From Clostridia bacterium (GTDB lineage: Bacteria; Bacillota; Clostridia; UMGS1883): DNA of 64,000 nucleotides. The notes beneath the pieces are model-generated. The model worked only from the letters and a program-made list of their open reading frames with translations. It did no database searches and was not told the origin of the DNA. A program made the position numbers and the translations under genes. Where the stretch lies: positions 139,029 to 203,028 of the forward strand of contig JAZQAO010000036.1 in NCBI GenBank assembly GCA_045545295.1, in the 5' to 3' direction. Positions 8,629 through 18,416 of this stretch are shown in pieces (position 1 is the first letter of the stretch; every line of letters begins with the position of its first letter).

Positions 8629-11600
8629 ATGACAAAAATGAAAAAGCTTTTATGTCTGGCACTTGTGATTACGCTTCTTTCCTCGCTTATTTGTATATCG
8701 GCAAGTGCCGAGGTTACAGAAGCCGCAAAGGTTACCTTTGCAGGCGGTGCTTATGATTCAACAGCATCTATAGGTAATGCCGACCCGTCTTTTTTGGGTG
8801 GTGTTTACGGAAAGGCTGAGGACGATTACAGTGCAGCATTTTTAAATGCGGAAGGAGATAAATTCTTCTCCGTAGGTACAGGAGCAGACGGTCTTACAGT
8901 GGAAGAGGGCGGTAAGCTTAAGATTTCTTACGACCTTGCTTCTAACGATTTTCACTCTGCTTCAAAAGAGGGCGGCACAAGAGCAACTCATGGCCGTTAT
9001 GTAAGTATGAAGATTAACGATGGTGGTCGTTTCGTTATACTCGGACCTAACGGTTATACTCTTGATGACGGTACTACAAATCAGAGAGGAACATACAGCA
9101 AGCTTAATGACTATGCATGGAATAATATAACAGCAATTTTTGAGTTTAACGAAGACAACTCTGCGGCTGATTATAAGCTCTATGTAAACGGCAAGCAGGT
9201 TCATCGCAATGAAGCTTATGCAGTACGTCTCCCGAAGAAGGTAAATGATTTTCGTGTAGGTGGTGTGTTAATCAGCACTGATGAAGTTTACTACGATAAC
9301 TTTGTTGTAGAAGCATACGGAGCAGAAGATGAAGCTCCGGCAATTAACTTCACAACAGATGCAGCAGCACTTGAGGGTAACGAAGCTCTTGTAGATGCTA
9401 CTGAAAAAGTGATTAACATTTCAGATGTTGAAATGACAGTAGCAGATTTCAGAGCGGCTACAGAAAACTTTATGGTTCTTAACGAAACAGGTGCAGTAGC
9501 GGATGATAGCGACTATATCGCATATTCGACAGTTTATGCAGTTTGCAAGGACGGTGTAAACACATATTACGACAAGTATGAATTTTCAATTGAACCTCCT
9601 GTAATTGAGGCGACAACTAACGAATTCAAGGAAATTGTTAACAGTGATACAAAGGAAATCAGACTTGTTGACAGAATGGATTTAACTGTTGGCGAATTCC
9701 TTGCAAACACAGAAGGTGCTACAGTAACTCTTCTTGACGGAAACGAAGCTTCCGATGATACACTTCTTAAAAACTGTAGGGTAAGTGCGGTTCTCGGATC
9801 AATCTACGACATTGAATATACTCTTGTTACTGCACGCAGTTATGCTCTTGAAAATGAAACCTTTGACGGAACATACTCGCAGAGAACAAGCGGTAACGGA
9901 AAAATCTATGTGGGCAATGACATTCAATGGAACGGACAGACAAACGGAAAAGCCGGCGTTAAATTTGACGAAGCGATAGGTCTTGGCGGTAAAGACGACA
10001 CAGACAAGAGTCTGGCGCTCTCTGTAGAAAACGCAGGAAGTGCCGGTGACGTGTTTATGTACCTTAACAATCCTTACTCTTTGTCAAAAACAGAGCTTTC
10101 ATCTACATTTACTATGGAAGGAAAGCTTTTCATAGACGGTGTGGATGATACAGACATAAGTTCAATTGACGTTGTTGTAAACGGTAGAGTTGCCATTAAA
10201 CTTCTGCCTGACGGCAAGATAATGACAACTGACGGTACCGTTCTTGCTCCTGTAACATGGGAAAACGGAAAGTGGCTTCCTTTTGCAATAACACAGCATA
10301 AGGCTACCAACAGAATAAACGTTTTTGTTGGTGGTATTGACGCAAAATGCAGCTGGACTGCCGGACCTTTCCAGGCAGATATCCGTCTGCGTCCCATGTT
10401 GAAGGAAGGTGCATCTTTCACCTTTGCAGTTGACGATGTTAAGATGTACACAGACAGCATCGAAAAGGTTAAATATGATATTACCGAAGATGCAGTTACA
10501 ATGACGTCAACCTTTAACCTCAGCGGAGCTCCGATTCTTGCAGTATACGATGAAGACGGAAAGCTTAACGAAGTTAAAATCGGAAAAGATGCAAACACAG
10601 TAACAATAAACTATGAAGAAGGACAGAGTGTGAAGGCTTTCCTTTGGGGTAAAGACTCTAAGCTTGGTCCTTGGACAGAAAAAGTAACAGTCGTTGACCG
10701 GGGAAACCTGGTCAACGCACTTACTGCGTCTCTTTCAAAGGCTTTTACTGATAATATGGTTCTTCAGTGCGATATGCCTGTTACAGTATGGGGAACATCG
10801 GCTGATGCAAACGGTTCAACACTTGCTGTAACACTCGGCAATGAAACAAAAACAGCCTATGTAAACGACGGAGAGTGGGAAGTAGAATTCTCTGAAAGAG
10901 AAGCAAGTGCTGACGGTGTAAAACTGACAGTAGCTACAGCAAGCGGAACAGAAACAGTTAATAACATCGCTTTTGGTGATGTGTACTTTGTCGGCGGACA
11001 AAGTAACGCATATCTTCCTATGAATACAGTTGATACATATGCAGCGGATAAAGCAAGCTTTACAAAAAGTGACGAAATCCGCATTTTTCATCAGGTAGGT
11101 AACTATGCTTCAACCGTGCAGGAAAATCCCGTAGAGGGCAGTAAGTGGGAATATGCTACAGAAAGCACAATCGGAAAAATGTCCGCAATAGGTATGTACT
11201 TTGCAAAGACTCTTAAAGAAAACGGTGTAGATAAGCCTATCGGTCTTATTTCAGTAGCACGTAGCGGATCTTCTCTTCACTGGAATATTCCCTCAAGCAT
11301 TACCGCCAAGTATCAGATTGGCTATATGACAGATAAAACAAATCAGGCATACAACGCTCTTATGGCACCGGTGGAAAAATTCAGCGCAAAGGGTATGCTC
11401 TGGTATCAGGGTGAAAATGACTCTATAAAGGGTTCAACAGACATTATTTCTCAGTCAACAGAAATTTACAAAGATATGTTCAGCGATTTCCACTCATATC
11501 TTAAGCAAACAACTAAAAACAACGATTTCAAGATGTTTACGGTTCAGCTTTCAAGCCATCCTTCCGAACAAATGCTTGCCGGAAATCCTACAACAGGCTG

Positions 11601-12171
11601 GCAGCTTCCGTGGTTCCGTTCATATCAGTATGATATATCAAAGAATGTTGATGATGTTTATCTCATTCCCTCACAGGATTGCGGATATAGAAAAGATGAT
11701 GACGATGCGGCTCATCCCGACTATAAAAAACCCATTGGCGAGCGTCTTGCAAAGGCAGCTCTTTATGCAATTTACGGTACTGAAACAGAAAACAATGCTC
11801 TTTCTCCCATGCCCGACAGCATAAGCTATGATGGTAACACAGTTACAATTAAGTTCAAAAATGTTGCAGAGGGACTTAAGCTTGTAACAGGAGATGAGCT
11901 TAAAGGCTTTGAAATCATAGATGAAAACGGTAATGCAGTAGATGCCGTGACAATTATATCAGGAAAAGATACTGTAGTAATAACTAGCGATGCAGTAACA
12001 GAAGCCAAAGGTGTACGTTACGCATTTTACCGTGCAGCGGCAAATACCATTGCAAACCTTACCGATTCCAACGGATTGCCGTGTCCCACATTCACCCACG
12101 ATAAGGGTGCAGATAACGGCAGCAAATCACAGAAAATTGCGCCGCTTTCAGATGGTGTAATGTTAGATTAA
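8629..12171 (+). CDS. Secreted LamG-repeat protein fused to a C-terminal SASA/DUF303-type carbohydrate O-acetylesterase
   Basis: The track ORF starts at 8545, but those 28 codons lie in an intergenic repeat. The ATG at 8629 follows AAGGAAAGGAAG and gives signal peptide MTKMKKLLCLALVITLLSSLICISASA. The C-terminal region has DNMVLQCDMPVTVWG and VYFVGGQSNA (GQSN motif) plus WYQGEND, as in sialate O-acetylesterase-like enzymes. Confidence 0.7.
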   Translation: MTKMKKLLCLALVITLLSSLICISASAEVTEAAKVTFAGGAYDSTASIGNADPSFLGGVYGKAEDDYSAAFLNAEGDKFFSVGTGADGLTVEEGGKLKISYDLASNDFHSASKEGGTRATHGRYVSMKINDGGRFVILGPNGYTLDDGTTNQRGTYSKLNDYAWNNITAIFEFNEDNSAADYKLYVNGKQVHRNEAYAVRLPKKVNDFRVGGVLISTDEVYYDNFVVEAYGAEDEAPAINFTTDAAALEGNEALVDATEKVINISDVEMTVADFRAATENFMVLNETGAVADDSDYIAYSTVYAVCKDGVNTYYDKYEFSIEPPVIEATTNEFKEIVNSDTKEIRLVDRMDLTVGEFLANTEGATVTLLDGNEASDDTLLKNCRVSAVLGSIYDIEYTLVTARSYALENETFDGTYSQRTSGNGKIYVGNDIQWNGQTNGKAGVKFDEAIGLGGKDDTDKSLALSVENAGSAGDVFMYLNNPYSLSKTELSSTFTMEGKLFIDGVDDTDISSIDVVVNGRVAIKLLPDGKIMTTDGTVLAPVTWENGKWLPFAITQHKATNRINVFVGGIDAKCSWTAGPFQADIRLRPMLKEGASFTFAVDDVKMYTDSIEKVKYDITEDAVTMTSTFNLSGAPILAVYDEDGKLNEVKIGKDANTVTINYEEGQSVKAFLWGKDSKLGPWTEKVTVVDRGNLVNALTASLSKAFTDNMVLQCDMPVTVWGTSADANGSTLAVTLGNETKTAYVNDGEWEVEFSEREASADGVKLTVATASGTETVNNIAFGDVYFVGGQSNAYLPMNTVDTYAADKASFTKSDEIRIFHQVGNYASTVQENPVEGSKWEYATESTIGKMSAIGMYFAKTLKENGVDKPIGLISVARSGSSLHWNIPSSITAKYQIGYMTDKTNQAYNALMAPVEKFSAKGMLWYQGENDSIKGSTDIISQSTEIYKDMFSDFHSYLKQTTKNNDFKMFTVQLSSHPSEQMLAGNPTTGWQLPWFRSYQYDISKNVDDVYLIPSQDCGYRKDDDDAAHPDYKKPIGERLAKAALYAIYGTETENNALSPMPDSISYDGNTVTIKFKNVAEGLKLVTGDELKGFEIIDENGNAVDAVTIISGKDTVVITSDAVTEAKGVRYAFYRAAANTIANLTDSNGLPCPTFTHDKGADNGSKSQKIAPLSDGVMLD

Positions 12172-12191
12172 ACTTTTTACAGGAGGCAGTT

Positions 12192-15100
12192 ATGACAAAG
12201 AGAATTACAGCCTGTTTTATCAGTATAATAATGATAATCACATCATTGGTTATTTCTGCCTCTGATAAGCTTGTGCTGACGGAAAATCACGGAAGAATTA
12301 TACTCAGCACAGGCTTTGACAACAGTGATCTGACTTTTAACAGCAGTGTATTGTATATTGATTCAAAAGGGGAGTCTGTTTCTCTCAGAAAAAACGGATA
12401 TATAAATATCTGTAAAAACACAAAGGGAACGGACCCCTATTTTGACGTGGATTTATCGACTGTCAGCCCGGAGGGGATTGTTTTCAGTGCAGATTTTAAA
12501 ACAGGTGACAGCGCTATAGTTGCAGACCTTTTTAAAATGCGCTATTCGGACAATTCGATGGTCAGTCTTCTGTCTCTGGGTGAAGACAATATTGTGCGTT
12601 GTATGGGTAAAACCATCACTACTCTCAGTGCAGTAAAAATGACAAATATAGCGGTGTTTATTAAAAATAACGGATATTATGAAGTGTATGCGGATGATGA
12701 ACTTAAAACAAGCGGAAGCACCGGGAAAACTCTTTCGTGGCAGTTTATTCGCTGTCAGATTTTACCCGACAACCTTACAGGTTCACTGGGGATTGACAAT
12801 CTTAAAATATACAGTGCCGCAACTTTTGGCGAAGAAGCGGAAATCTATATTATAAACAATGATTTTAACGATGAAAAAACCTATAAAGACGGTTTTGTGC
12901 GCATTATCGCAGGAAGCGGAAACAGTATTTTATGTGAGGGTGAGTCCTCACTTGAAATAATCACGGAGGATAATACCAAAGACCCCTATATGGATGTATT
13001 TATACCGGATAATGACACGTTTTCTTCTCTTGTTTTTTCAGCTGATTTTACAGTGGAAAAGCTAGGGGCAAAAACAAACATTTTCCAGCTAAGAAATGAC
13101 AAAAAACAGTATCTGTCGGATGTTTTCATTACAGAGGCAGGAAACATTTATCAGCATTCAAATAAAATTGCAGAGGTTTCAGAAGGTGAGAAAGTAAACA
13201 TTGCACTTATCTACAATGTTACAGAATCATCCTATGATGTATATATAAACGAAGAAAAGAAAGTCTCAGGTGCAAAAAGCTCCTACAGCGGTGTAGTAGA
13301 AAGAATGAGAATACAGGTTCTGCCCAATTACGGAACGGGAACACTGTCAATAGACAATCTTAAAGTCTACGAAGGTGAAGAAATTTGTGACGTGGCAGAT
13401 ACGGGTAGTATTTCGGGATGGTCTGTACTTCCTGATGCCCGTACGGATAAAGTCCGCCTGGGTGAAGCAGTTGCCTATCATACTGCGGCAGACTATGCTT
13501 TTTATAACGGCGAAAAGCATCTTTTACCGGCGCGTCCTTATGTAAAAAACAAAGAAATATATATACCGGGCGAAATTGTTTTCCCCATCACAGGTGCAGT
13601 CGGAGAGGATATGCTTTTGAGCGAGCTGTGTGAAAAACACGGCAAGGAGTTTTTCTGTGACGATACAGGTCTTATCGTGATAACAGACGGGGAATTTCCC
13701 TATAAGGACAATAGAGCGGTGACAGACAGCCTTTCTACATATTTATTCTCGCATCGACCGGACAAGGCGGAGATAGAGAATTTATTTACGCAGTCGGGAA
13801 ATAATTCTGTTCATCCCAGAATAATGGCAACGCAGGAGGACTTTGATTATTTTAAACAGCAGAGAAATACTGACACATATATGTCAGACTGGATAGAAAA
13901 TATAATATATAGGGCAGATAATATGCTTTTAACTCTGCCCTGTGAGTACAAGCTTCAGGAATACAGACTTAATGCTGTTGTGAGTGTTGTACTTGAACGC
14001 ATTACTACACTCGGCTTTGCTTACCGTGTAACGGAGGATGTGGCTTACGCGCAGCGCGCTCTTAAAGAAATGGAAAAGGTAATGACCTATCCTGACTGGA
14101 ATTCCCAGCATTTCCTTGATACGGCGGAGCTTACTTTTGCTATGGCAATCGGCTATGACTGGTGCTATGAATATCTTGAAAAAGAAAGAAAAACGGATGA
14201 GGTAGTAAAGGCTATTGTTACGATGGGACTAAATGAAGGTGACAAGCAATACAGAGGGTACGTAAACGGAACAAGCTTTATTTTTCAGGATATGAACTGG
14301 AACAGTGTATGTAATGCCGGCATGACAGCAGGAGCTTTGGCAATTATGGAAAAAGAGCCTGAATTTTGTGCTGGAATAGTTAAAAATGCTATCCGCTCAA
14401 TTGAATATATGTTTCCTGCATTTTCGCCTGACGGAGGATGGCAGGAAGGAACGGGATACTGGGAATACGCATTCAGCTATCTTGTAAAAATTGCAGAATG
14501 TCTAAAGAGTGTTCTTGGTACGGATTTTGATATTCCTATGTTTACAGGCATAGAAAACTCCGTTATGTACAGAATTGCCATGCAGGGAAGCACCTACAGC
14601 AATAATTATCACGACAGCAACGAAACAAAAGATGTAAATGCAGAAATCCTGTGGGCAGGAAAATATTTTGACAGAACTGATTTCTCTGCATATTACCTTA
14701 GCAGAATCAAGAACACAGTTCAGAATGACGAATTGTGGAGATGTATTTATTATGACAGAAAAACATCTGTTAATCAGCCGTACAGCTTCCCCCGTGATAT
14801 GATGTTCAAAAACCTTGAAGCTGTATCTATGCGAAGCTCGTACACGGATGAAAATGCTACCTTCCTGAGCTTCCACGCAGGTGACAACAGTGTAAACCAC
14901 AGACAGTTCGATGCAGGCACTTTTGTTCTTGATATGATTGGCGAAAGGTGGGCAAGTGATTTGGGTACAGAGCCTCTTTCGTATCTCGGTGTGGCTTCAA
15001 AAAATCTTTACAGAGTGCGCCCCGAGGGACATAATACCCTGGTAATAAATCCTTCGGAGCAAATCGGACAGGAGTCAAAAACAGATTGCCCCGTTACAAA

Positions 15101-16508
15101 GCTTGTAAGTGAAGATAACGGAGCTTACGCAGTGACAGATTTAACAAGCGCTTATGTAAATCAGGCAGACAGTGTTGTCCGCGGGTTTATGCTTACAGAT
15201 GGCAGACGGACTGCTGTAATCCGTGATGAAATTGTTGTTAAAGAAAGCTCGCAAATATACTGGTTTATGCATACAGGGGCAGATATTTCTATTGTGGATA
15301 ATAACACAGCGATTCTTACCATAGGGAATAAATCAGTTCAGATGAAGGTTGTGGTAGAGGATGCAGATGCAGAGCTTTATTCTACTGATGCAACTTCCTT
15401 TGATACTACACAGAGTGAAAGCGGACAGGCAGACAATTCTGCTTACAGGAAAGTGGCGATTAAGCTTACAGGAAGCGGAGCTATGAGTATTTCTGTGCGT
15501 ATTACCCCACTTGATGAACCTTTTGCCCAGACAGAGTTTATACCAAAGGAAATTTCCTCTTGGAGTATAGATGAAGATTCATTTTCTCCTGAAGATTACT
15601 CAAGACAATATATAATTCACAGCGAGCTTTTCGACAATGAAATAAACTCCCCAACCAGCATATATACCCTATGGCAGCTGCGTAACGGAGACGGATCTGT
15701 GGGTGGAATGATACAGAGTAAAAAGAACTCAATCACCAGAGAAACTGCAATCGGTTCAAAAGGTGATGACGACGGCTGTATTGTTGTAAAAACTGAAAAT
15801 CTCACTACGCAGACAGGTATAGACCCCTTTGTACAGATAGAGTGTAATGATGCCACAAAAGGTAACGTAACCTTTGAATTTCAGGTTTACGCAGATGGTG
15901 AACAGACTGTTTACGTTCAGCTTATAGACAGTAACAGTGCCACAAAGCTTCTTATGGAAATGAAGCCTGACGGCATGGCATATATTTCAGGCATAAAAGC
16001 AGCACCTGCAGAGCGGGGTAAATGGCACGATGTTGCAATCACATTGCGTGGCAATAAGAAAACAGCAGATATTTATATTGATGGAAAGCTTGTAAAAACG
16101 GGAATCAGCGCAAGCACAGATGTTAAAAGAATAAAAATTATTTCTCTGTATCAGGCACCTGATGCCGGAGAAGCAAGAAATGGATTAACCGCCATTGACA
16201 ATGTAAGAGTGTATATGGGAGAAAAGGAAAATTATTACTATGCACTTTTTGCAAATGGCGAAAAAACAGAGGATGTAACAGTGGCTGATGAAATTTATGT
16301 CAATATTTCTGACGAAGCCGGACTAAAAGGGTATTTTGCGAGTGCATCCACTGACGGCAGTACCGAAGGCATAAATGTAATAAACCCCGGTGAAGATATG
16401 AGATTCAAACTTCAGCCGGGTAAAAAGGGAAAACTTCTTATATGGGATAAATATTCCCTATACCCTGAAAAGATGAGCATAACAACAGGAGGAAACAGCA
16501 ATGAGTAA
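12192..16508 (+). CDS. Secreted multidomain heparinase II/III-like polysaccharide lyase (LamG x2, stalk, lyase core, C-terminal LamG)
   Basis: RBS AGGAGG. Signal/anchor MTKRITACFISIIMIITSLVISAS. Modules end in LGIDNLKIYSA, LSIDNLKVYEG and TAIDNVRVYMG. Lyase motifs VHPRIMATQEDF, WNSQHFLDTAEL, NHRQFDAGTFVLDMIGERWASDLG and VRPEGHNTLVINP parallel those of ORF 26..4126. Confidence 0.75.
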   Translation: MTKRITACFISIIMIITSLVISASDKLVLTENHGRIILSTGFDNSDLTFNSSVLYIDSKGESVSLRKNGYINICKNTKGTDPYFDVDLSTVSPEGIVFSADFKTGDSAIVADLFKMRYSDNSMVSLLSLGEDNIVRCMGKTITTLSAVKMTNIAVFIKNNGYYEVYADDELKTSGSTGKTLSWQFIRCQILPDNLTGSLGIDNLKIYSAATFGEEAEIYIINNDFNDEKTYKDGFVRIIAGSGNSILCEGESSLEIITEDNTKDPYMDVFIPDNDTFSSLVFSADFTVEKLGAKTNIFQLRNDKKQYLSDVFITEAGNIYQHSNKIAEVSEGEKVNIALIYNVTESSYDVYINEEKKVSGAKSSYSGVVERMRIQVLPNYGTGTLSIDNLKVYEGEEICDVADTGSISGWSVLPDARTDKVRLGEAVAYHTAADYAFYNGEKHLLPARPYVKNKEIYIPGEIVFPITGAVGEDMLLSELCEKHGKEFFCDDTGLIVITDGEFPYKDNRAVTDSLSTYLFSHRPDKAEIENLFTQSGNNSVHPRIMATQEDFDYFKQQRNTDTYMSDWIENIIYRADNMLLTLPCEYKLQEYRLNAVVSVVLERITTLGFAYRVTEDVAYAQRALKEMEKVMTYPDWNSQHFLDTAELTFAMAIGYDWCYEYLEKERKTDEVVKAIVTMGLNEGDKQYRGYVNGTSFIFQDMNWNSVCNAGMTAGALAIMEKEPEFCAGIVKNAIRSIEYMFPAFSPDGGWQEGTGYWEYAFSYLVKIAECLKSVLGTDFDIPMFTGIENSVMYRIAMQGSTYSNNYHDSNETKDVNAEILWAGKYFDRTDFSAYYLSRIKNTVQNDELWRCIYYDRKTSVNQPYSFPRDMMFKNLEAVSMRSSYTDENATFLSFHAGDNSVNHRQFDAGTFVLDMIGERWASDLGTEPLSYLGVASKNLYRVRPEGHNTLVINPSEQIGQESKTDCPVTKLVSEDNGAYAVTDLTSAYVNQADSVVRGFMLTDGRRTAVIRDEIVVKESSQIYWFMHTGADISIVDNNTAILTIGNKSVQMKVVVEDADAELYSTDATSFDTTQSESGQADNSAYRKVAIKLTGSGAMSISVRITPLDEPFAQTEFIPKEISSWSIDEDSFSPEDYSRQYIIHSELFDNEINSPTSIYTLWQLRNGDGSVGGMIQSKKNSITRETAIGSKGDDDGCIVVKTENLTTQTGIDPFVQIECNDATKGNVTFEFQVYADGEQTVYVQLIDSNSATKLLMEMKPDGMAYISGIKAAPAERGKWHDVAITLRGNKKTADIYIDGKLVKTGISASTDVKRIKIISLYQAPDAGEARNGLTAIDNVRVYMGEKENYYYALFANGEKTEDVTVADEIYVNISDEAGLKGYFASASTDGSTEGINVINPGEDMRFKLQPGKKGKLLIWDKYSLYPEKMSITTGGNSNE

Positions 16509-17628
16509 CATTAAAGAAATGGTATCTTTCATACTTGAAAAAACCAAAAAAAATATGGAGAAATTTGGCGAGAATACCCCTGTGGCAGTAATAGACGGCA
16601 GGAATTTCAGATATGCGTCAATAGACGACTGGCGTCTCGGCTTCTGGGGCGGAATTCTAAACTATTGCTATGTGTTAAGCGGGGATGAAAAGTTCCTCGG
16701 ATATGCAGATATTCAGGAGAAAAAGCTTAAGGATAAGCTCTATAATCACCCTCAGACCCTTGACCACGATATCGGTTTTTTGTATGAGCCCACAGCTCTT
16801 ACAAAGTATTATCTTAAGGGGGACGAGGAAAGTCTTCGTATTGCAATTGATGCGAGCGACGTTCTTATCAGTCGCTATAATCCGAAGGGTAAGTACATAA
16901 AAGCATGGAACGAATGGCCAACTGAGCCTGTCTTTTCAAAGGAGCATGACAGACGAATTATAATAGACTGTATGTTTAATCTCCCACTTTTGTTCGAAAT
17001 AAGCAAGATTACAGGTGACAAAAAGTATTACGAGGTTGCGTATAACCATGCGGAAACCTGCAGAAAAACAATAGTACGCAAGGATGGAACAACCTATCAT
17101 ACATTCCTTTTCGACAGGGAAACAGGTGCTCCCGACAAGGGAGAAACCTGGCAGGGATATGAGGATGAGTCCTGCTGGTCACGTGGTCAGGCATGGGCAG
17201 TAGGTGGATTTACTATGGCATACCGCTACACAAAAGATGAAAACTTTTTAAAGACGGCAATCCTTACGGCAGATAAGTTCATCGAGCTTCTTGATGATGA
17301 TTTTATGCCTGCGTGGGATTTTGATTTCCGTAATCAGGGAGCTGTTCCCGACGCATCCGCATCAGCAATTACTGCATGTGGTCTTCTGGAGCTCTGCGAA
17401 TATGTTGACAAAGAAAAGGGAGACTTTTACAGGGAAACAGCAAGGAAACTTATTGATACTCTCTGGGAAAAATGCGCATCAAAGGATGATGCCTCCTATG
17501 AGGCGCTGATTAAGCGCTGTACGGGATTTCACAGAGTAAATTCAGAGGTTGATACGGGAATTATTTACGGAGACTATTATTTTGTAAAAGCGGTTACCCG
17601 TCTTTACGGAAAAGAGTGGATTATATAA
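16501..17628 (+). CDS. Unsaturated glucuronyl hydrolase, GH88 family
   Basis: 375 aa with no signal peptide. Motifs IIDCMFNLPLLF and CWSRGQAWAVGG are typical of GH88. It overlaps the upstream stop by 8 nt and has RBS AGGAGG. Confidence 0.75.
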   Translation: MSNIKEMVSFILEKTKKNMEKFGENTPVAVIDGRNFRYASIDDWRLGFWGGILNYCYVLSGDEKFLGYADIQEKKLKDKLYNHPQTLDHDIGFLYEPTALTKYYLKGDEESLRIAIDASDVLISRYNPKGKYIKAWNEWPTEPVFSKEHDRRIIIDCMFNLPLLFEISKITGDKKYYEVAYNHAETCRKTIVRKDGTTYHTFLFDRETGAPDKGETWQGYEDESCWSRGQAWAVGGFTMAYRYTKDENFLKTAILTADKFIELLDDDFMPAWDFDFRNQGAVPDASASAITACGLLELCEYVDKEKGDFYRETARKLIDTLWEKCASKDDASYEALIKRCTGFHRVNSEVDTGIIYGDYYFVKAVTRLYGKEWII

Positions 17629-18401
17629 TGAGCTTTGAAGTGATAGATTTTCATACTCATCCTTTTTTGGAAAAAAACGAAAGAATAGGTGCATATGTGT
17701 CTTCGGTGGATTTATGTACACAGGATTTTTTTGAAGATATGGAAAAATCCGGAGTGACACTTGCATTAGGAAGTGTTATCGGTCCGAAGGTCAACTGCTT
17801 TGAGGATTTGCACCGGCTTAATCTTCATGCACTTAAGCTTCGGGATGAATATAGCGGGAAATATATCCCCGGCATTCACGTGCATCCCGGTTATGTGAAA
17901 GAATCCTTGCAGGAAGTAGAATTTGCAATAAAAAATAACGTAAAAATGATAGGTGAGCTTGTTCCTTATCACCACGGGTGGGAGGATTATTCACAGAAAG
18001 AATTTCTTGAAATTCTCGACTTTGTAAATACGGCAGGTATGCTTGTAAATCTTCACATAAGCGAAGCTGAAGAGCTGTGTCAGATAGAAAAAGCTGTGAA
18101 AATGTATAAAAATATCACGTTTGTATTGGCTCATCCCGGATATGGGGACAGGTTACAAAAGCACCTTGAAATGCTCGGTAAATATGAGAACGTATATATG
18201 GATTTGTCAGGGTCAGGCATAGAACTCTACGGTGCATTAAAGAAGATAACCGACACTGTCGGCTATGACCGTCTTCTTTTCGGAACTGATTACCCTGTAA
18301 CGGCATTCGGCACATATATATCTGCAGTATTAAGTGAAAGAATTTCGGACATTGCAAAGGAACATATACTGGGCCTTAACGCAAAACGGATACTTGGTTA
18401 A
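17616..18401 (+). CDS. Amidohydrolase-2 (TIM-barrel metal-dependent hydrolase) family protein
   Basis: VIDFHTHPF N-terminal metal motif, HP..GY and a C-terminal LLFGTDYP motif. The start could be 17616 or the in-frame ATG at 17628, which overlaps the GH88 stop. Confidence 0.55.
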   Translation: MDYIMSFEVIDFHTHPFLEKNERIGAYVSSVDLCTQDFFEDMEKSGVTLALGSVIGPKVNCFEDLHRLNLHALKLRDEYSGKYIPGIHVHPGYVKESLQEVEFAIKNNVKMIGELVPYHHGWEDYSQKEFLEILDFVNTAGMLVNLHISEAEELCQIEKAVKMYKNITFVLAHPGYGDRLQKHLEMLGKYENVYMDLSGSGIELYGALKKITDTVGYDRLLFGTDYPVTAFGTYISAVLSERISDIAKEHILGLNAKRILG

Positions 18402-18416
18402 AAGGAGATTACAAGA

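Noticed and set aside
2-16508. Interpreting the locus as a heparin/heparan-sulfate or chondroitin-sulfate utilisation system, because of the 'heparinase II/III' domains and GH88.
   Set aside because: No sulfatase or sulfatase-maturase genes are present. The accessory enzymes (GH95, GH106-like, GH43, GH94-like, rhaA) point away from host GAGs. The domain name reflects the fold family, not the substrate.
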